DNA of 64,000 bases from an uncultured Acidobacteriota bacterium (GTDB taxonomy: Bacteria > Acidobacteriota > Terriglobia > Terriglobales > Acidobacteriaceae). The stretch lies in assembly GCA_963719625.1 (NCBI GenBank), contig CAVRDB010000003.1:118870-182869 (forward strand), given 5' to 3'. Position 1 is the first letter of the stretch. Each line of letters opens with the position of its first letter. Below are positions 18,326 to 27,985 of the stretch, piece by piece. A program made the position numbers and the translations under genes. Below the pieces are notes generated by a model that was not told the origin of the DNA, searched no databases, and was given only the letters and a program-made list of their open reading frames with translations.

Positions 18326-19093
18326 ATGGGCGACGTCCTTACAATTTCCGCAGACAGGCCGTGGGCCATTCCCAAACGGCCCTGGGTGATCAGCCAACGG
18401 TGGCACAGCTTGCTGTTCGCGCATTGGCCAGTCCCCGCGGAAGAGATTGCCTCGCTGCTTCCACCGGGCCTGATCGTCGACGGGTTTGGTGGCACTGGCT
18501 GGGTGGGCATTGTGCCGTTTGCCATGGATCGAATACGGTTTCGTGGCCTCGGCAGCGTTCCCGGCGCTCGGCGCTTTGCTGAACTGAACCTTCGCACCTA
18601 TGTGCGCGACCAGCGTACCGGCACGCCCGGCGTATTTTTCTTCTCTCTGGATGCGGCAAATCCAGCGGCGGTCATCGCAGCGCGACTTTGGTTTCACCTC
18701 CCTTACTACTGGGCCAAGATGCATGTCGAAGAACGACCCGGTGGCTGGCTGCACTATGAAAGCACTCGCCTGCTGGCCCAACGGCCCGTTCACTTCCGCG
18801 CCACCTACCGCGGAATGGGTCCGCAAAGTGCGGGACGAAGCGCCCGCGACACAATTGAATATTTTTTGACCGAGCGCTATTGCCTGTTTACCCATGATCG
18901 CGACGGCCAGTTGTTGCAGGGCAATATCCACCACGCACCCTGGCCGCTGGAAGCTGCCGAGGCCGAAATTGAAGTAAACGATCTGCCCCAGGCACATGGC
19001 ATTCGTCTGCCAGACATTCCTCCAGTGCTGCACTTCGCCCGCGAGCAGAGGGTTTATATCTGGAAGCTGGAACCCGTGCTGGCGCTAGCCTAA
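18326..19093 (+). CDS. DUF2071 (YqjF-like) protein
   Basis: Start placed at ATG 18326 within ORF 18254-19093. RPWVISQRWHSLLFAHWPV...GWVGIVPFAM...FAELNLRTYV...GVFFFSLDA pattern. Confidence 0.65.
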   Translation: MGDVLTISADRPWAIPKRPWVISQRWHSLLFAHWPVPAEEIASLLPPGLIVDGFGGTGWVGIVPFAMDRIRFRGLGSVPGARRFAELNLRTYVRDQRTGTPGVFFFSLDAANPAAVIAARLWFHLPYYWAKMHVEERPGGWLHYESTRLLAQRPVHFRATYRGMGPQSAGRSARDTIEYFLTERYCLFTHDRDGQLLQGNIHHAPWPLEAAEAEIEVNDLPQAHGIRLPDIPPVLHFAREQRVYIWKLEPVLALA

Positions 19094-19191
19094 GGGCGTA
19101 CGCTTGTGTTGCATACAACACATTGGAAATACTTCGGTACTTTTATAATTTCGTGGTCACCCAGAAATACTGAAACTCAGGAGTGGATCGC

Positions 19192-19938
19192 ATGAATTCT
19201 TTGGATGGCCGCATTGCTCTGGTCACCGGTGCATCGCAGGGCCTTGGCCGCGCCTGCGCGCTGGCGCTTGCCAAGGCGGGAGCACACGTCGCGCTCGCCG
19301 CTCGCAATGCAAGCAAATTGGCAGAAGTCGCCGCAGAAATTGAGACGGCTGGAGGCCATGCGACCCCGTTTGAAATGGACCTGGCCAATGAAGACTCGAT
19401 CAAAGCCGCTACGAAAGCAGTCATTGCACACTTCGGGAAAATTGAAATTCTGGTCAACAATGGCGGCATCACACGCGACAATCTGATGCTCCGCATGAAG
19501 CTCGCCGACTGGAACGCGGTGCTGAATACCAATCTCACCGGCGCATTTCTGCTGACCCAGGCCGTCTCCTCCAGCATGCTGAAGGCGCGGTGGGGACGCA
19601 TCATCAATATCTCCAGTGTCGTGGGAGAAACCGGGCAGGCTGGCCAGGCGAACTACGCCGCCAGCAAAGCCGGACTGATTGGGCTGACCATGTCTCTGGC
19701 GCGTGAACTGGCCTCTCGCAATATCACCGTAAACGCCGTCGCTCCGGGCTATATTTCGACACCAATGACAGATGTATTGAATGAGCAGCAGCGAAGCGCT
19801 ATGCTGACGCAGATTCCATTGGATCGTGCCGGAACGCCAGAGGATGTGGCCCACGCTGTTGTCTTTCTCGCCTCCGACCAGGCCGGTTATATCACCGGCC
19901 ATGTCCTTGATGTGAACGGCGGCATGCACATGGGTTGA
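19192..19938 (+). CDS. fabG: 3-oxoacyl-ACP reductase
   Basis: ATG 19192 lies 8 nt after AGGAG. MNSLDGRIALVTGASQGLG, NNGGITRD, catalytic YAASKAG, ending NGGMHMG. Confidence 0.88.
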   Translation: MNSLDGRIALVTGASQGLGRACALALAKAGAHVALAARNASKLAEVAAEIETAGGHATPFEMDLANEDSIKAATKAVIAHFGKIEILVNNGGITRDNLMLRMKLADWNAVLNTNLTGAFLLTQAVSSSMLKARWGRIINISSVVGETGQAGQANYAASKAGLIGLTMSLARELASRNITVNAVAPGYISTPMTDVLNEQQRSAMLTQIPLDRAGTPEDVAHAVVFLASDQAGYITGHVLDVNGGMHMG

Positions 19939-20088
19939 GGGTCTCCGCACTTCCTCCACCTGGTTGCAATTTGGAAACTTGATGTTGAACGCGCATACAG
20001 AGCGTATTGTTGTCTTGTGGAAGCATCCTGTGAACCTGTTCGCCTTCCACGCCGCTCATCACTTCTACCCGGGCAAGGATGTGTCAGG

Positions 20089-20880
20089 ATGAAGACTATT
20101 TGTCGTTCGTTCACGCTGGTTTGTCTATTGTTGTATGGGCTTGTAAGCCTGTCTGCGTCGCTGGCGCAGTCGAAATCTTCCGCTGGCGTTTTGGGTCCGC
20201 AAACAGTCAGCTTTTCAAGCGGCACCGAGACCGTCCATGGCATTCTGTATCGTCCCCACGGCGTCGGGCCATTTCCAGCAATCGTCATCATTCACGAGTG
20301 GTGGGGATTGAATGACTGGGTGAAACAGCAGGCGCAGATGTTTGCCGAACACGGCTATGTGACGCTCGCCGTGGACCTCTATCGCGGCAAGGTTGCCACC
20401 GATCCGGAGATGGCCCACGAACTGATGCGAGCGTTGCCGCAGGACCGCGGTGTCCGCTATCTCATCTCCAGCGTGGCCTACTTGAAAACGTTGAAGTATG
20501 TTCGGCCTGATCGGATTGGCGCTGTCGGCTGGTGCATGGGCGGTGGTTTCGCCTTCCAACTTGCAATCGCGGAACCGACGCTCCGCGCCGTCGCCATTAA
20601 CTATGGCGCAGTCGACACCGATTCAACGCAGCTGAAGAAAATCCACGCCGCCATCCTCGGCAACTTTGGGGCACTCGACCAGGGCATCACGCCCCAAGAT
20701 GTTCAAGGGTTTGCCGCCGCCATGCAGGCGATCAGTCATCCGGTTGACGTCAAGGAGTATCCTGACGCCGGCCATGCGTTTCAAAATCCCAACAACAAAT
20801 CGGGCTATCGGCCCGAGGATACGGCCGATGCCAACCGACGCATGTTTACCTTTTTTGCGCGCACCCTGAAAGGCTCTTAA
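20089..20880 (+). CDS. Secreted dienelactone hydrolase family protein
   Basis: Start at MKTICRSFTLVCLLLYGLVSLSASLAQ (signal peptide). IVIIHEWWGL, nucleophile elbow GWCMGG, C-terminal DAGHAF. Confidence 0.8.
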   Translation: MKTICRSFTLVCLLLYGLVSLSASLAQSKSSAGVLGPQTVSFSSGTETVHGILYRPHGVGPFPAIVIIHEWWGLNDWVKQQAQMFAEHGYVTLAVDLYRGKVATDPEMAHELMRALPQDRGVRYLISSVAYLKTLKYVRPDRIGAVGWCMGGGFAFQLAIAEPTLRAVAINYGAVDTDSTQLKKIHAAILGNFGALDQGITPQDVQGFAAAMQAISHPVDVKEYPDAGHAFQNPNNKSGYRPEDTADANRRMFTFFARTLKGS

Positions 20881-20942
20881 AACGCTTTCATCTGTTCCGT
20901 GGCGATAGTTCGCACAGGTGGAAATGCCCGCGCGAAAATCCT

Positions 20943-21317
20943 CTATCGCAAACGCCGCAGAATCTCCGGACGGATCAGGTAGAAGAAGAAGATGAAATTT
21001 GCCAGCGTCATCACCCAGTAGTTCTGCTGATGAAAACGCATGATCACATAGATGCCATAGCCACTGGTAAGAAATGCGGCCGCCAACGCCAGCGCCCACC
21101 CCCATCGCCGCATCCGCAGCAGGCCTAAGCCGGCCACCGCCAGCAGGGTTGCGACCGCCAGTACGGCCAGGCGAGCACCGTGGGTGGAAAAGTGATGGGT
21201 GAACACCCCCATCACTCCGATCATCGCTTCCAGCAACATCCAGAAACCAATGGCCGCCACGCCTGGAAATCTGGCTGCGCCGTCCTCTGCTCGACGCTTA
21301 TCTTCAGGATGGCTCAT
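20943..21317 (-). CDS. Hypothetical membrane protein (3-4 TM helices)
   Basis: 124-aa ORF of hydrophobic helices. Its ATG overlaps the stop of the upstream cytochrome c gene (ATGA, 21314-21317). Confidence 0.55.
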   Translation of the reverse strand: MSHPEDKRRAEDGAARFPGVAAIGFWMLLEAMIGVMGVFTHHFSTHGARLAVLAVATLLAVAGLGLLRMRRWGWALALAAAFLTSGYGIYVIMRFHQQNYWVMTLANFIFFFYLIRPEILRRLR

Positions 21318-21688
21318 ACGGTATGCAGATACGCCAGCAAATCCTGGATCTGCTGGTCGCCCAGAACATTGCCAAAGGATGGCATCACGTTCCGGCCATG
21401 GACAATAGCGGAACGAACACGATCGTCATTCGCCGGCGCGCCACTGGGTAAATATGGCTTCGTGAACATCCCTTGTAACCCGGGGCCATGCAACCCCTTT
21501 TCGCTGTTGGCATAATGACAGACGGCGCAATGGGTCTGAAATACTTCATACCCCTTCATTTCCGTGGGAGTCAATTCGCTCAACGGCTTCGATTGTGGCG
21601 CGTGGTGACAGCCGGCCAAGAAAAACAGACCTGTCGCAGTCGCCAACATGGGCAATCGAATCGGTCGTTTCAAATTCTCATCCCCCAT
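21314..21688 (-). CDS. Monoheme c-type cytochrome (class I), probable lipoprotein
   Basis: 124-aa ORF. Lipobox-like FFLAGC, heme motif CAVCH, distal Met region RNVMPSF. Confidence 0.8.
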   Translation of the reverse strand: MGDENLKRPIRLPMLATATGLFFLAGCHHAPQSKPLSELTPTEMKGYEVFQTHCAVCHYANSEKGLHGPGLQGMFTKPYLPSGAPANDDRVRSAIVHGRNVMPSFGNVLGDQQIQDLLAYLHTV

Positions 21689-21797
21689 TGGAACAAACGA
21701 ATAGCTCTCATCCCCAGTGTAGCCAGGCTAATTTCCTTCGCCAGTTCACAGCAGGCAGGCATTCCCCAGGTATCCCGCCAGGTGTCAAGGGTCTGCC

Positions 21798-22237
21798 TCA
21801 AACGCGGAAATAATCTGGTCGCCAGTTCTGGATGGCCTGCTTGATCTGTTTCTGCGTCAGTTTTTCGTTCAGCGTCCGCTCAACCAGCGCCGGAAGTTCG
21901 GCGTCCGAGGCGAACCGCAATCCGATCAGCTGCTTCTCGGTCAGTTCCCCGATGCGCGAGCGGAGAGGTTCCGGACAGCAATGTGGCCATGCGCAGCCGC
22001 TCCTCCAACCGAATCACGCGGTCCTGCACCCTCAGCGCATACAACCGCGCCTTGGTTGCCAGCACGAGCAATGCAAACGACAGCACGACCAACCATGCGC
22101 TATGCACGTTGGGATGACGAACCAGATGGATGATGGACAAAATCACTGTGATCAGCAGCACCGGGGCCAGAAAATAATGGAACACAAGGATCGAAGCGTG
22201 AGTGATTGGCGTAGGTCTGCGGTTTTCTTTCAGGCAT
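21798..22237 (-). pseudogene. Small membrane protein (DUF6526-like, tentative) broken by two 1-nt insertions
   Basis: ATG 22237 lies 7 nt after AAGGAGG and gives MPERKPQTYANHSRFDP. Removing one base near 22186 joins VFHYFLAPVLL...[18 protein letters not shown] (ORF 21880-22185). Removing one base near 21975 joins [27 protein letters not shown]...NWRPDYFRV, with the stop at 21798. Confidence 0.65.
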
Positions 22238-22303
22238 AGCGTCCTCCTTAGAAGGAACTCAACTGCTTACTTGAATAATGCGAACTGGATGGACTACGGT
22301 TCA

Positions 22304-23924
22304 TCATCGCACCGAATCCGTCTCGGCGGCGGCAGCGACGATTGCATCGATCGTCCGCGTAATGCCCTTGGCATCTGGCAGATGCCCATTGCACAAGATG
22401 GAAAATACCACTGTGCTTCCATCTTTCACAGTCGCGTAGCCGCTGAGAGCGTTCACTTCTTCCAACGTTCCGGTCTTAGCGAAAACATGCCCTTGTAATG
22501 GCGCATGCGGGAATCGATCCGAAAGCGTGCCATCGACACCGCCGACAGGCAGCGTATCGCGGAATTCCGCACCCCAGGGCTGCGCCGCCACATATCGCAA
22601 CAGTGTAGTGATGGAGCGCGGTGTTACCCGGTCCTCCGGCGAAAGGCCGGAGCCGTCGTAGAAAAAGAAATCCTGCGGCTGAACTCCCGCCCTCAACATC
22701 TGCGCGCGCACGACCCGCGCACCTTCAACGATGGAGCCATCCGCGCCAAAATGCTGACCCAGCAAACGAAGCAAAATCTCCGCATGTAAGTTCTGGCTCA
22801 CTTTGTTCGTCACCGTGATGTCTTCGAGCACGGGAACCGAGGTACGCGAGGCCAGCACCACAGCGCCGGCTGGCAGCGGCGAAGCGCAGCTGGGTCAATC
22901 CCGTCGTCCCGGGAGAAACTGGCAGCGCCAGCGGCCGCAACGCGCTCTGTTCATAAATTGCGGTATCGATCGAGGCGCGATGGTGTGCCATGGCAGTTCC
23001 AGTCACAACAATGCCACGCGCTTCCAACATCTGACGAAATGCAATGGCGGCAAACTCCGCGGGATCCTGAATCGCCAGCGCCATGTGGTTTGCGGCGCCG
23101 CCGGCAGGCAGCGTGCCGAAAATGCGAAATACCTTCGTGCCAGGCGCCCTGTCCAATCCCAGCGACGGCTGCGATCCCTCCGCCGAGGTACGCGCGTCAT
23201 TCTCAACCGTGTAATACGAACCGGTCACATCGGGGTTCCATGCAAACGTCACCGGATCGCCCGGTCGCGCTCCCGGCATCACCGCGAGATAGACGAGGTT
23301 GTCGTTCACCGTCAGCGCGGAAACCGGCGCGCCATAGTCCCATTCCAGATCGTCCCAGGCCCAACCCGTGCCATACGGTTCCCACGGAAAGGCTGTATCG
23401 TCGCCGACAATATTGCCTTCCACACGCCGAACGCCACGCTGTTGCAGCTGATCCGCCAGACCTTCCAGCACACTCAACGGCGGATTGGGCCGTTCGGTTT
23501 TTCCGCTGTAAGGATATTCCCGGCCTGACATGCTCGCATCTCCCGCGCCGACCAACGTCACGTCTCCACGAACCGTTCCCTGCGTGGTTGGCGCGCTCGC
23601 AGCAGTCACACGCGTCTCAATGGTTGTTTTTGGCCCCAACAACGCGAGTGCGGTTGTGGTGGTGAATAGCTTGGCATTTGAAGCCGGAGCGAAGAGCTGC
23701 GCATCGTTCTTTTCGTAAATTACGCGGCCGTCCAGCGTCGTTATCGAGATGCCCCAGTGCGCTTGCGCCGCATCTGGAGCGGCAAGCAAAGCATCGATCG
23801 CGCGTGCCAGCCCAGCTGGACCAGCCAACTGCGTGGCGGGCCGATGCCGATGCGCGGTCAGGCCGGTGAACGGGAGCCCAATGACGAATGAGAGCAGAAA
23901 AGTGCTGCGGAAAAAGAATCGCAT
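22304..23924 (-). pseudogene. dacB: D-alanyl-D-alanine carboxypeptidase/endopeptidase (PBP4, peptidase S13), split by a frameshift
   Basis: The N-terminal ORF (22725-23990; start placed at MRFFFRSTFLL, 23924) has SNAK (SxxK). The C-terminal ORF (22304-22861) has SQN and KTG(T). Both frames are open across 22859-22894. Confidence 0.82.
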
Positions 23925-24034
23925 CGCTGGCCGCGAGTGTACCATTTCACCGGAAGAAATATTCGCTGCCTCCATCTCTTTCACGAGCAACCTTGCTGCG
24001 TAGCGCGAGAAAGAATCCGCCTTAAGATAAGACT

Positions 24035-24967
24035 ATGCCCGTTGCTCCTCGCCCCCATTTTCGCTGGGTCCTGCATACGCGTTCTCTCCCGTTAGGTGAG
24101 CGAACATTGCTGGTTGGCGTCGTCAACATTACTCCCGATTCTTTTTCCGATGGTGGCAAATTCCTCTCCGCAGCTAGCGCCATCGATCATGCGCTGCAAT
24201 TGCTCGACGAAGGTGCGGACATTCTCGATCTTGGCGGCGAATCGACCCGTCCCGGGACGCGCCCGCCAGTCTCCACGCAGGAAGAGCTGGACCGCGTGTT
24301 GCCTGTGATCGGAGCCATCCTGCAACAACGGCCAGGAACAATTCTCTCCATCGACACCTACAAAGCCGAAACCGCGCGCGCCGCGGTGAACGCAGGCGCA
24401 GAGATTGTCAACGATGTCAGCGGATTTCTGTGGGACCCGGCGATGGCCTCCACCTGTGCGGAGCTGCGATGCGGCGTGATCCTGATGCACACTCGTGGCC
24501 GCAGTAGTGAATGGAGCGCGCAGCCGCCGCTGCCGCATGACAAGGTGGTTCCGCTTGTATTGCGCGAATTGGAAGAGCGTTCCCGCGCCGCACGTATCGC
24601 TGGCGTCGAACCGGCAGCGATCGTGCTCGATCCGGGCTTCGGCTTCGGCAAATCTCTGGATGAAAACTATCCTCTGCTGGCGCAATTTGAAGAATTGCAC
24701 AGGCTCGGCTATCCAGTTCTGGCAGGTCCGTCGCGCAAGCGGTTTCTCGGCAGGACACTGGCGCAAATGTACGGTCACGAGGTTCCTCCCGACCAGCGCG
24801 TCAACGCCACGATCACCGCCATCACTACCGCGGTATTGGCGGGAGCGCACCTCATTCGCGTTCACGATGTCCAGGCTGCGCGCGAAGCCGTCGCCATCGC
24901 CGATGCCATACGCGGCGACTCGCCGATGGCATCCAATGACAATAAGGAGAGGTTCCATGCAGGATGA
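24035..24967 (+). CDS. folP: Dihydropteroate synthase
   Basis: 310-aa ORF. VGVVNITPDSFSDGG, DILDLGGESTRPG, SIDTYK, GPSRKRF, IRVHDV. Confidence 0.9.
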   Translation: MPVAPRPHFRWVLHTRSLPLGERTLLVGVVNITPDSFSDGGKFLSAASAIDHALQLLDEGADILDLGGESTRPGTRPPVSTQEELDRVLPVIGAILQQRPGTILSIDTYKAETARAAVNAGAEIVNDVSGFLWDPAMASTCAELRCGVILMHTRGRSSEWSAQPPLPHDKVVPLVLRELEERSRAARIAGVEPAAIVLDPGFGFGKSLDENYPLLAQFEELHRLGYPVLAGPSRKRFLGRTLAQMYGHEVPPDQRVNATITAITTAVLAGAHLIRVHDVQAAREAVAIADAIRGDSPMASNDNKERFHAG

Positions 24968-25457
24968 AAGCACGTTGATCCATCGTGAATTTGCCAGCGA
25001 GAAAACCTTTGACGCTGTTGTGGCGGCTTTCGAAGCAGCGGTTGGCCCGGGCGATGGCAAGACCTTCCAATCCGTTGTGGATCAAGCCTCCAGCGCGGGC
25101 AACTTTGCCGATCGCATCCACGCCGCCGAAGGTTCCAGCGGCTTCATTCTCTTTCTTAAGGTGGAGCATGGTCCGTGGCTCGCTCGCGTGGGTCTCAAAG
25201 GCCGGGCGACCATGTACACCATCGGCAATCCTTTGATTGCGCAAACCATGATCCGGCACAACATCGAAGTCGGACTGAATGTTCCCGTGCGCGTTTTACT
25301 TTATGAAGACGCATCCACCAAGACGGGACGCATCGGATACGATCTTCCTTCCTCGCTGATGGCTCGGCTGAAAAATGACCAAATCACAGCTGCCGCAAAG
25401 TTGCTGGATGACAAGCTGGCAGCCCTGGCCATGCATTGCACCGGAAGCAAGGACTGA
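24957..25457 (+). CDS. DUF302 domain protein
   Basis: ATG 24957 follows AAGGAGAGG and is in frame with ORF 24495-25457. Sequence MQDESTLIHREFASEKTFDAVVAAFEAAV...YTIGNPLIAQTM...PVRVLLYED. Overlaps the folP end by 11 nt. Confidence 0.7.
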   Translation: MQDESTLIHREFASEKTFDAVVAAFEAAVGPGDGKTFQSVVDQASSAGNFADRIHAAEGSSGFILFLKVEHGPWLARVGLKGRATMYTIGNPLIAQTMIRHNIEVGLNVPVRVLLYEDASTKTGRIGYDLPSSLMARLKNDQITAAAKLLDDKLAALAMHCTGSKD

Positions 25458-25522
25458 ATCGATTCATCCAATCGACAGCTGCGGTCAGCCTTCGATCCAG
25501 CGTTGGTCGATCGTACACTTCG

Positions 25523-27778
25523 CTATTGCCTGAAGGTGGTTCCATCGCTTGCGGGCAATGTGATTTTTTCCGTGAGCGGAAGCTCCGCCGACGATCCTCC
25601 GACCATGAATGTGTAGCTGCCCGACGCCAGTTCCCACCCATTTTTCTGTGCGTTGTAAATCGACAAATACAGCTGCGGGATGGTTATGCGCACTTGCTTA
25701 CTCTCCCCGGCATTCAATTGCACTTTGCTCCAGCCAACCAAACGCTTCGGCGGTTCGTCCGTATTGGTTGGCAACGCCGCGTACACTTCGGCAACTTCCT
25801 CACCAGCGCGGCTACCCGTATTTTTCACAGTGAAGGTCACGGTCGGAGTGTCGCCCCCTGCTACCTGCAAGTCGGAATATTGATAGGTCGTGTAAGAGAG
25901 TCCAAAACCGAAAGGAAACAGCACGGGTTTGTGTTCCGCGTCGTACCACTTGTAGCCCACTTTCAGGCCTTCGGCGTAATGCACGTTAAAGGTCGGCTTG
26001 GCTTCTTCGGTTTCATGGACGGATGCTCCCGGTGTTTTTGGCGGCGGCCCAACCAACTGTGGATGCGGCAGATCAGCATCGCTCATGGGAAAGGTAATCG
26101 GTAGCTTCGCGCTGGGATTCACGTCGCCAAACAGAATGTTGGCAACCGCATGGGCGCCGTCGCTGCCCGCGAACCATGCCTCTACGACGCCATCCACCTT
26201 GTCAATCCACGGCATCAGAACGGCGGTGCCGGTTTCGAGCACCACGATGGTCCGCGGATTTGCTGCAGCCACCTGTTCGATCAGCACATCCTGATTGTCT
26301 GGCAGAGAAAGGCTGGGCAAATCCATGCCCTCGCTCGCCCACTGATTCACAAATACGATCGCAACATCCGAGTGACTGGCCAGCGCGGCTGCAGATGCCG
26401 GATCCTTGCCTGAATCGAATCGCACATCGGCCGTCGGCGCCTGGGTGCGTACGGCTTTTAATGGCGATGTAGGAAACCATACATGCGCCTGCCACTCTGG
26501 GTCAGTCCCTCCGGGCGGGTCGACCTGCGCCGATCCGCCACCAGAGATCATGCCGGAATCGGCATGGGACCCGATGATCGCGATAGAGTGAATTTTGGCG
26601 GCGTCGAGCGGCAGAACATTTTGCGCGTTCTTCAGTAGAACAATGCTCTGCTCCTCAATCTCGCGTGCAATATTCAAGTCTCTTTCCGCCTGTACAACGC
26701 TTTTCTGTGTGGGATAATCCACGATCCCTGCGGCAAATTCCGAACGCAGAATGCGATGCACGTGTTCATCCAGCTGCGTCATGGGTATCTTTCCCGACTG
26801 CACGGCCTCTTTCAACTTCTCTCCATAGAACGTATCCAGCGGCTCCTCATTGTCCAGTCCAGCAGTAGATGACTTGACCGTGCTGTGTGTGCCGCCCCAG
26901 TCGGAAAGAACGAATCCCGGGAACTTCCAGTCATCTTTCAGCACATCGGTCAGCAGGTATTTGTTCTGGCACGAATATTCACCGTTCACGGAGTTGTACG
27001 CGCACATCACCGCTCCGGGATGGCCGACCGCGATGCCGATCTGAAATGCGAGCAGATCGCTCTCTCTCAAGGCACGCTCGTCAAGGATGGCATCCACTTC
27101 AGTGCGGCCGTTCTCCTGATCGTTCACGGCGTAGTGCTTGATGTCGCCAATGACATGCTCGGCCTGCTCGCACTTGATCCTGTTGCCGACCAGGGTGCCG
27201 GCCAGAATGGGATCTTCGCCCATGTACTCAAATATGCGGCCGTTGCGCAGTTCCCGCGCCAGATCGACCCCGCCACCCAACGACATGTTGTAGCCCTGGG
27301 CTCGCAGCTCACGCCCAATCAGTGCGCCATACTTACAGGCCGCCTGCTGATCCCAACTTGCCGCAGAAGCCAGATTGGATGGCAGAGCAGTCGAGTAGCG
27401 TCCATTCGCCGCACTACCGCGCACTCCATACGCGGCATCGCTCATCTGGATGATGGGAATTCCCAACCGGGTCACGCCGAGAACCATCCCCGCGCCGCCG
27501 TTGCTTAAGAAAGCATCCGGCATCTGCTTGCCCTCCCAGCCACGCATTCCCTGCCCGTGCATCAAATCGATCTTCTCGTCGAGCGTCATCTGCCGCAGCA
27601 CCATGTCCGCCCGCTGATCGGGCGACAGGTTTCGATTCATCCACGGCCGGCTAGACGTCGCCGGGTTCCCACCAGCTTTACTTGGCGCTTTGTGCCGAGA
27701 ATGCTGCGCCAATACGGGCGACAACATTGCGGAAATTGCAAATATGGAGAGGAGTTTCATGCCGGGAAGTTTATGCAT
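25523..27778 (-). CDS. Periplasmic glycoside hydrolase family 3 beta-glucosidase
   Basis: ORF 25523-27961. Start placed at MHKLPGMKLLSIFAISAMLSPVLAQ (27778; ATG 27760 also possible). KHYAVNDQE, nucleophile region GFVLSDWG, C-terminal fibronectin-like domain. Confidence 0.85.
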   Translation of the reverse strand: MHKLPGMKLLSIFAISAMLSPVLAQHSRHKAPSKAGGNPATSSRPWMNRNLSPDQRADMVLRQMTLDEKIDLMHGQGMRGWEGKQMPDAFLSNGGAGMVLGVTRLGIPIIQMSDAAYGVRGSAANGRYSTALPSNLASAASWDQQAACKYGALIGRELRAQGYNMSLGGGVDLARELRNGRIFEYMGEDPILAGTLVGNRIKCEQAEHVIGDIKHYAVNDQENGRTEVDAILDERALRESDLLAFQIGIAVGHPGAVMCAYNSVNGEYSCQNKYLLTDVLKDDWKFPGFVLSDWGGTHSTVKSSTAGLDNEEPLDTFYGEKLKEAVQSGKIPMTQLDEHVHRILRSEFAAGIVDYPTQKSVVQAERDLNIAREIEEQSIVLLKNAQNVLPLDAAKIHSIAIIGSHADSGMISGGGSAQVDPPGGTDPEWQAHVWFPTSPLKAVRTQAPTADVRFDSGKDPASAAALASHSDVAIVFVNQWASEGMDLPSLSLPDNQDVLIEQVAAANPRTIVVLETGTAVLMPWIDKVDGVVEAWFAGSDGAHAVANILFGDVNPSAKLPITFPMSDADLPHPQLVGPPPKTPGASVHETEEAKPTFNVHYAEGLKVGYKWYDAEHKPVLFPFGFGLSYTTYQYSDLQVAGGDTPTVTFTVKNTGSRAGEEVAEVYAALPTNTDEPPKRLVGWSKVQLNAGESKQVRITIPQLYLSIYNAQKNGWELASGSYTFMVGGSSAELPLTEKITLPASDGTTFRQ

Positions 27779-27985
27779 GCTAATATTCATTATCCACTCA
27801 ATTGAGATTGATAACGCTAGGCCATGATGCCGGTGCCGGAAATTTAGGCCGTTAACAAGCTCCCCGTCCCGTAGGAACATGTGCAAACACAGTGAAATCA
27901 GGGGATAGGTGCGCCCACTGAGGATAGCGCTGAGCCCTGAGCACGCGAAAAAAGACTCCATGACCTCTCTCCGAAGGAGGAAGTT

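Noticed and set aside
17984-19033. 349-aa minus-strand ORF spanning the thyX start, the intergenic region and DUF2071
   Set aside because: It crosses an intergenic region and lies antisense to a conserved gene. Composition is low-complexity and Arg/Gly-rich.
24092-25060. 322-aa minus-strand ORF opposite folP
   Set aside because: Antisense shadow of folP. Similar long shadows at 32268-33272 (opposite fabF), 47884-48912 (opposite ctaD) and 52931-54016 (opposite actE/actF) were rejected for the same reason.
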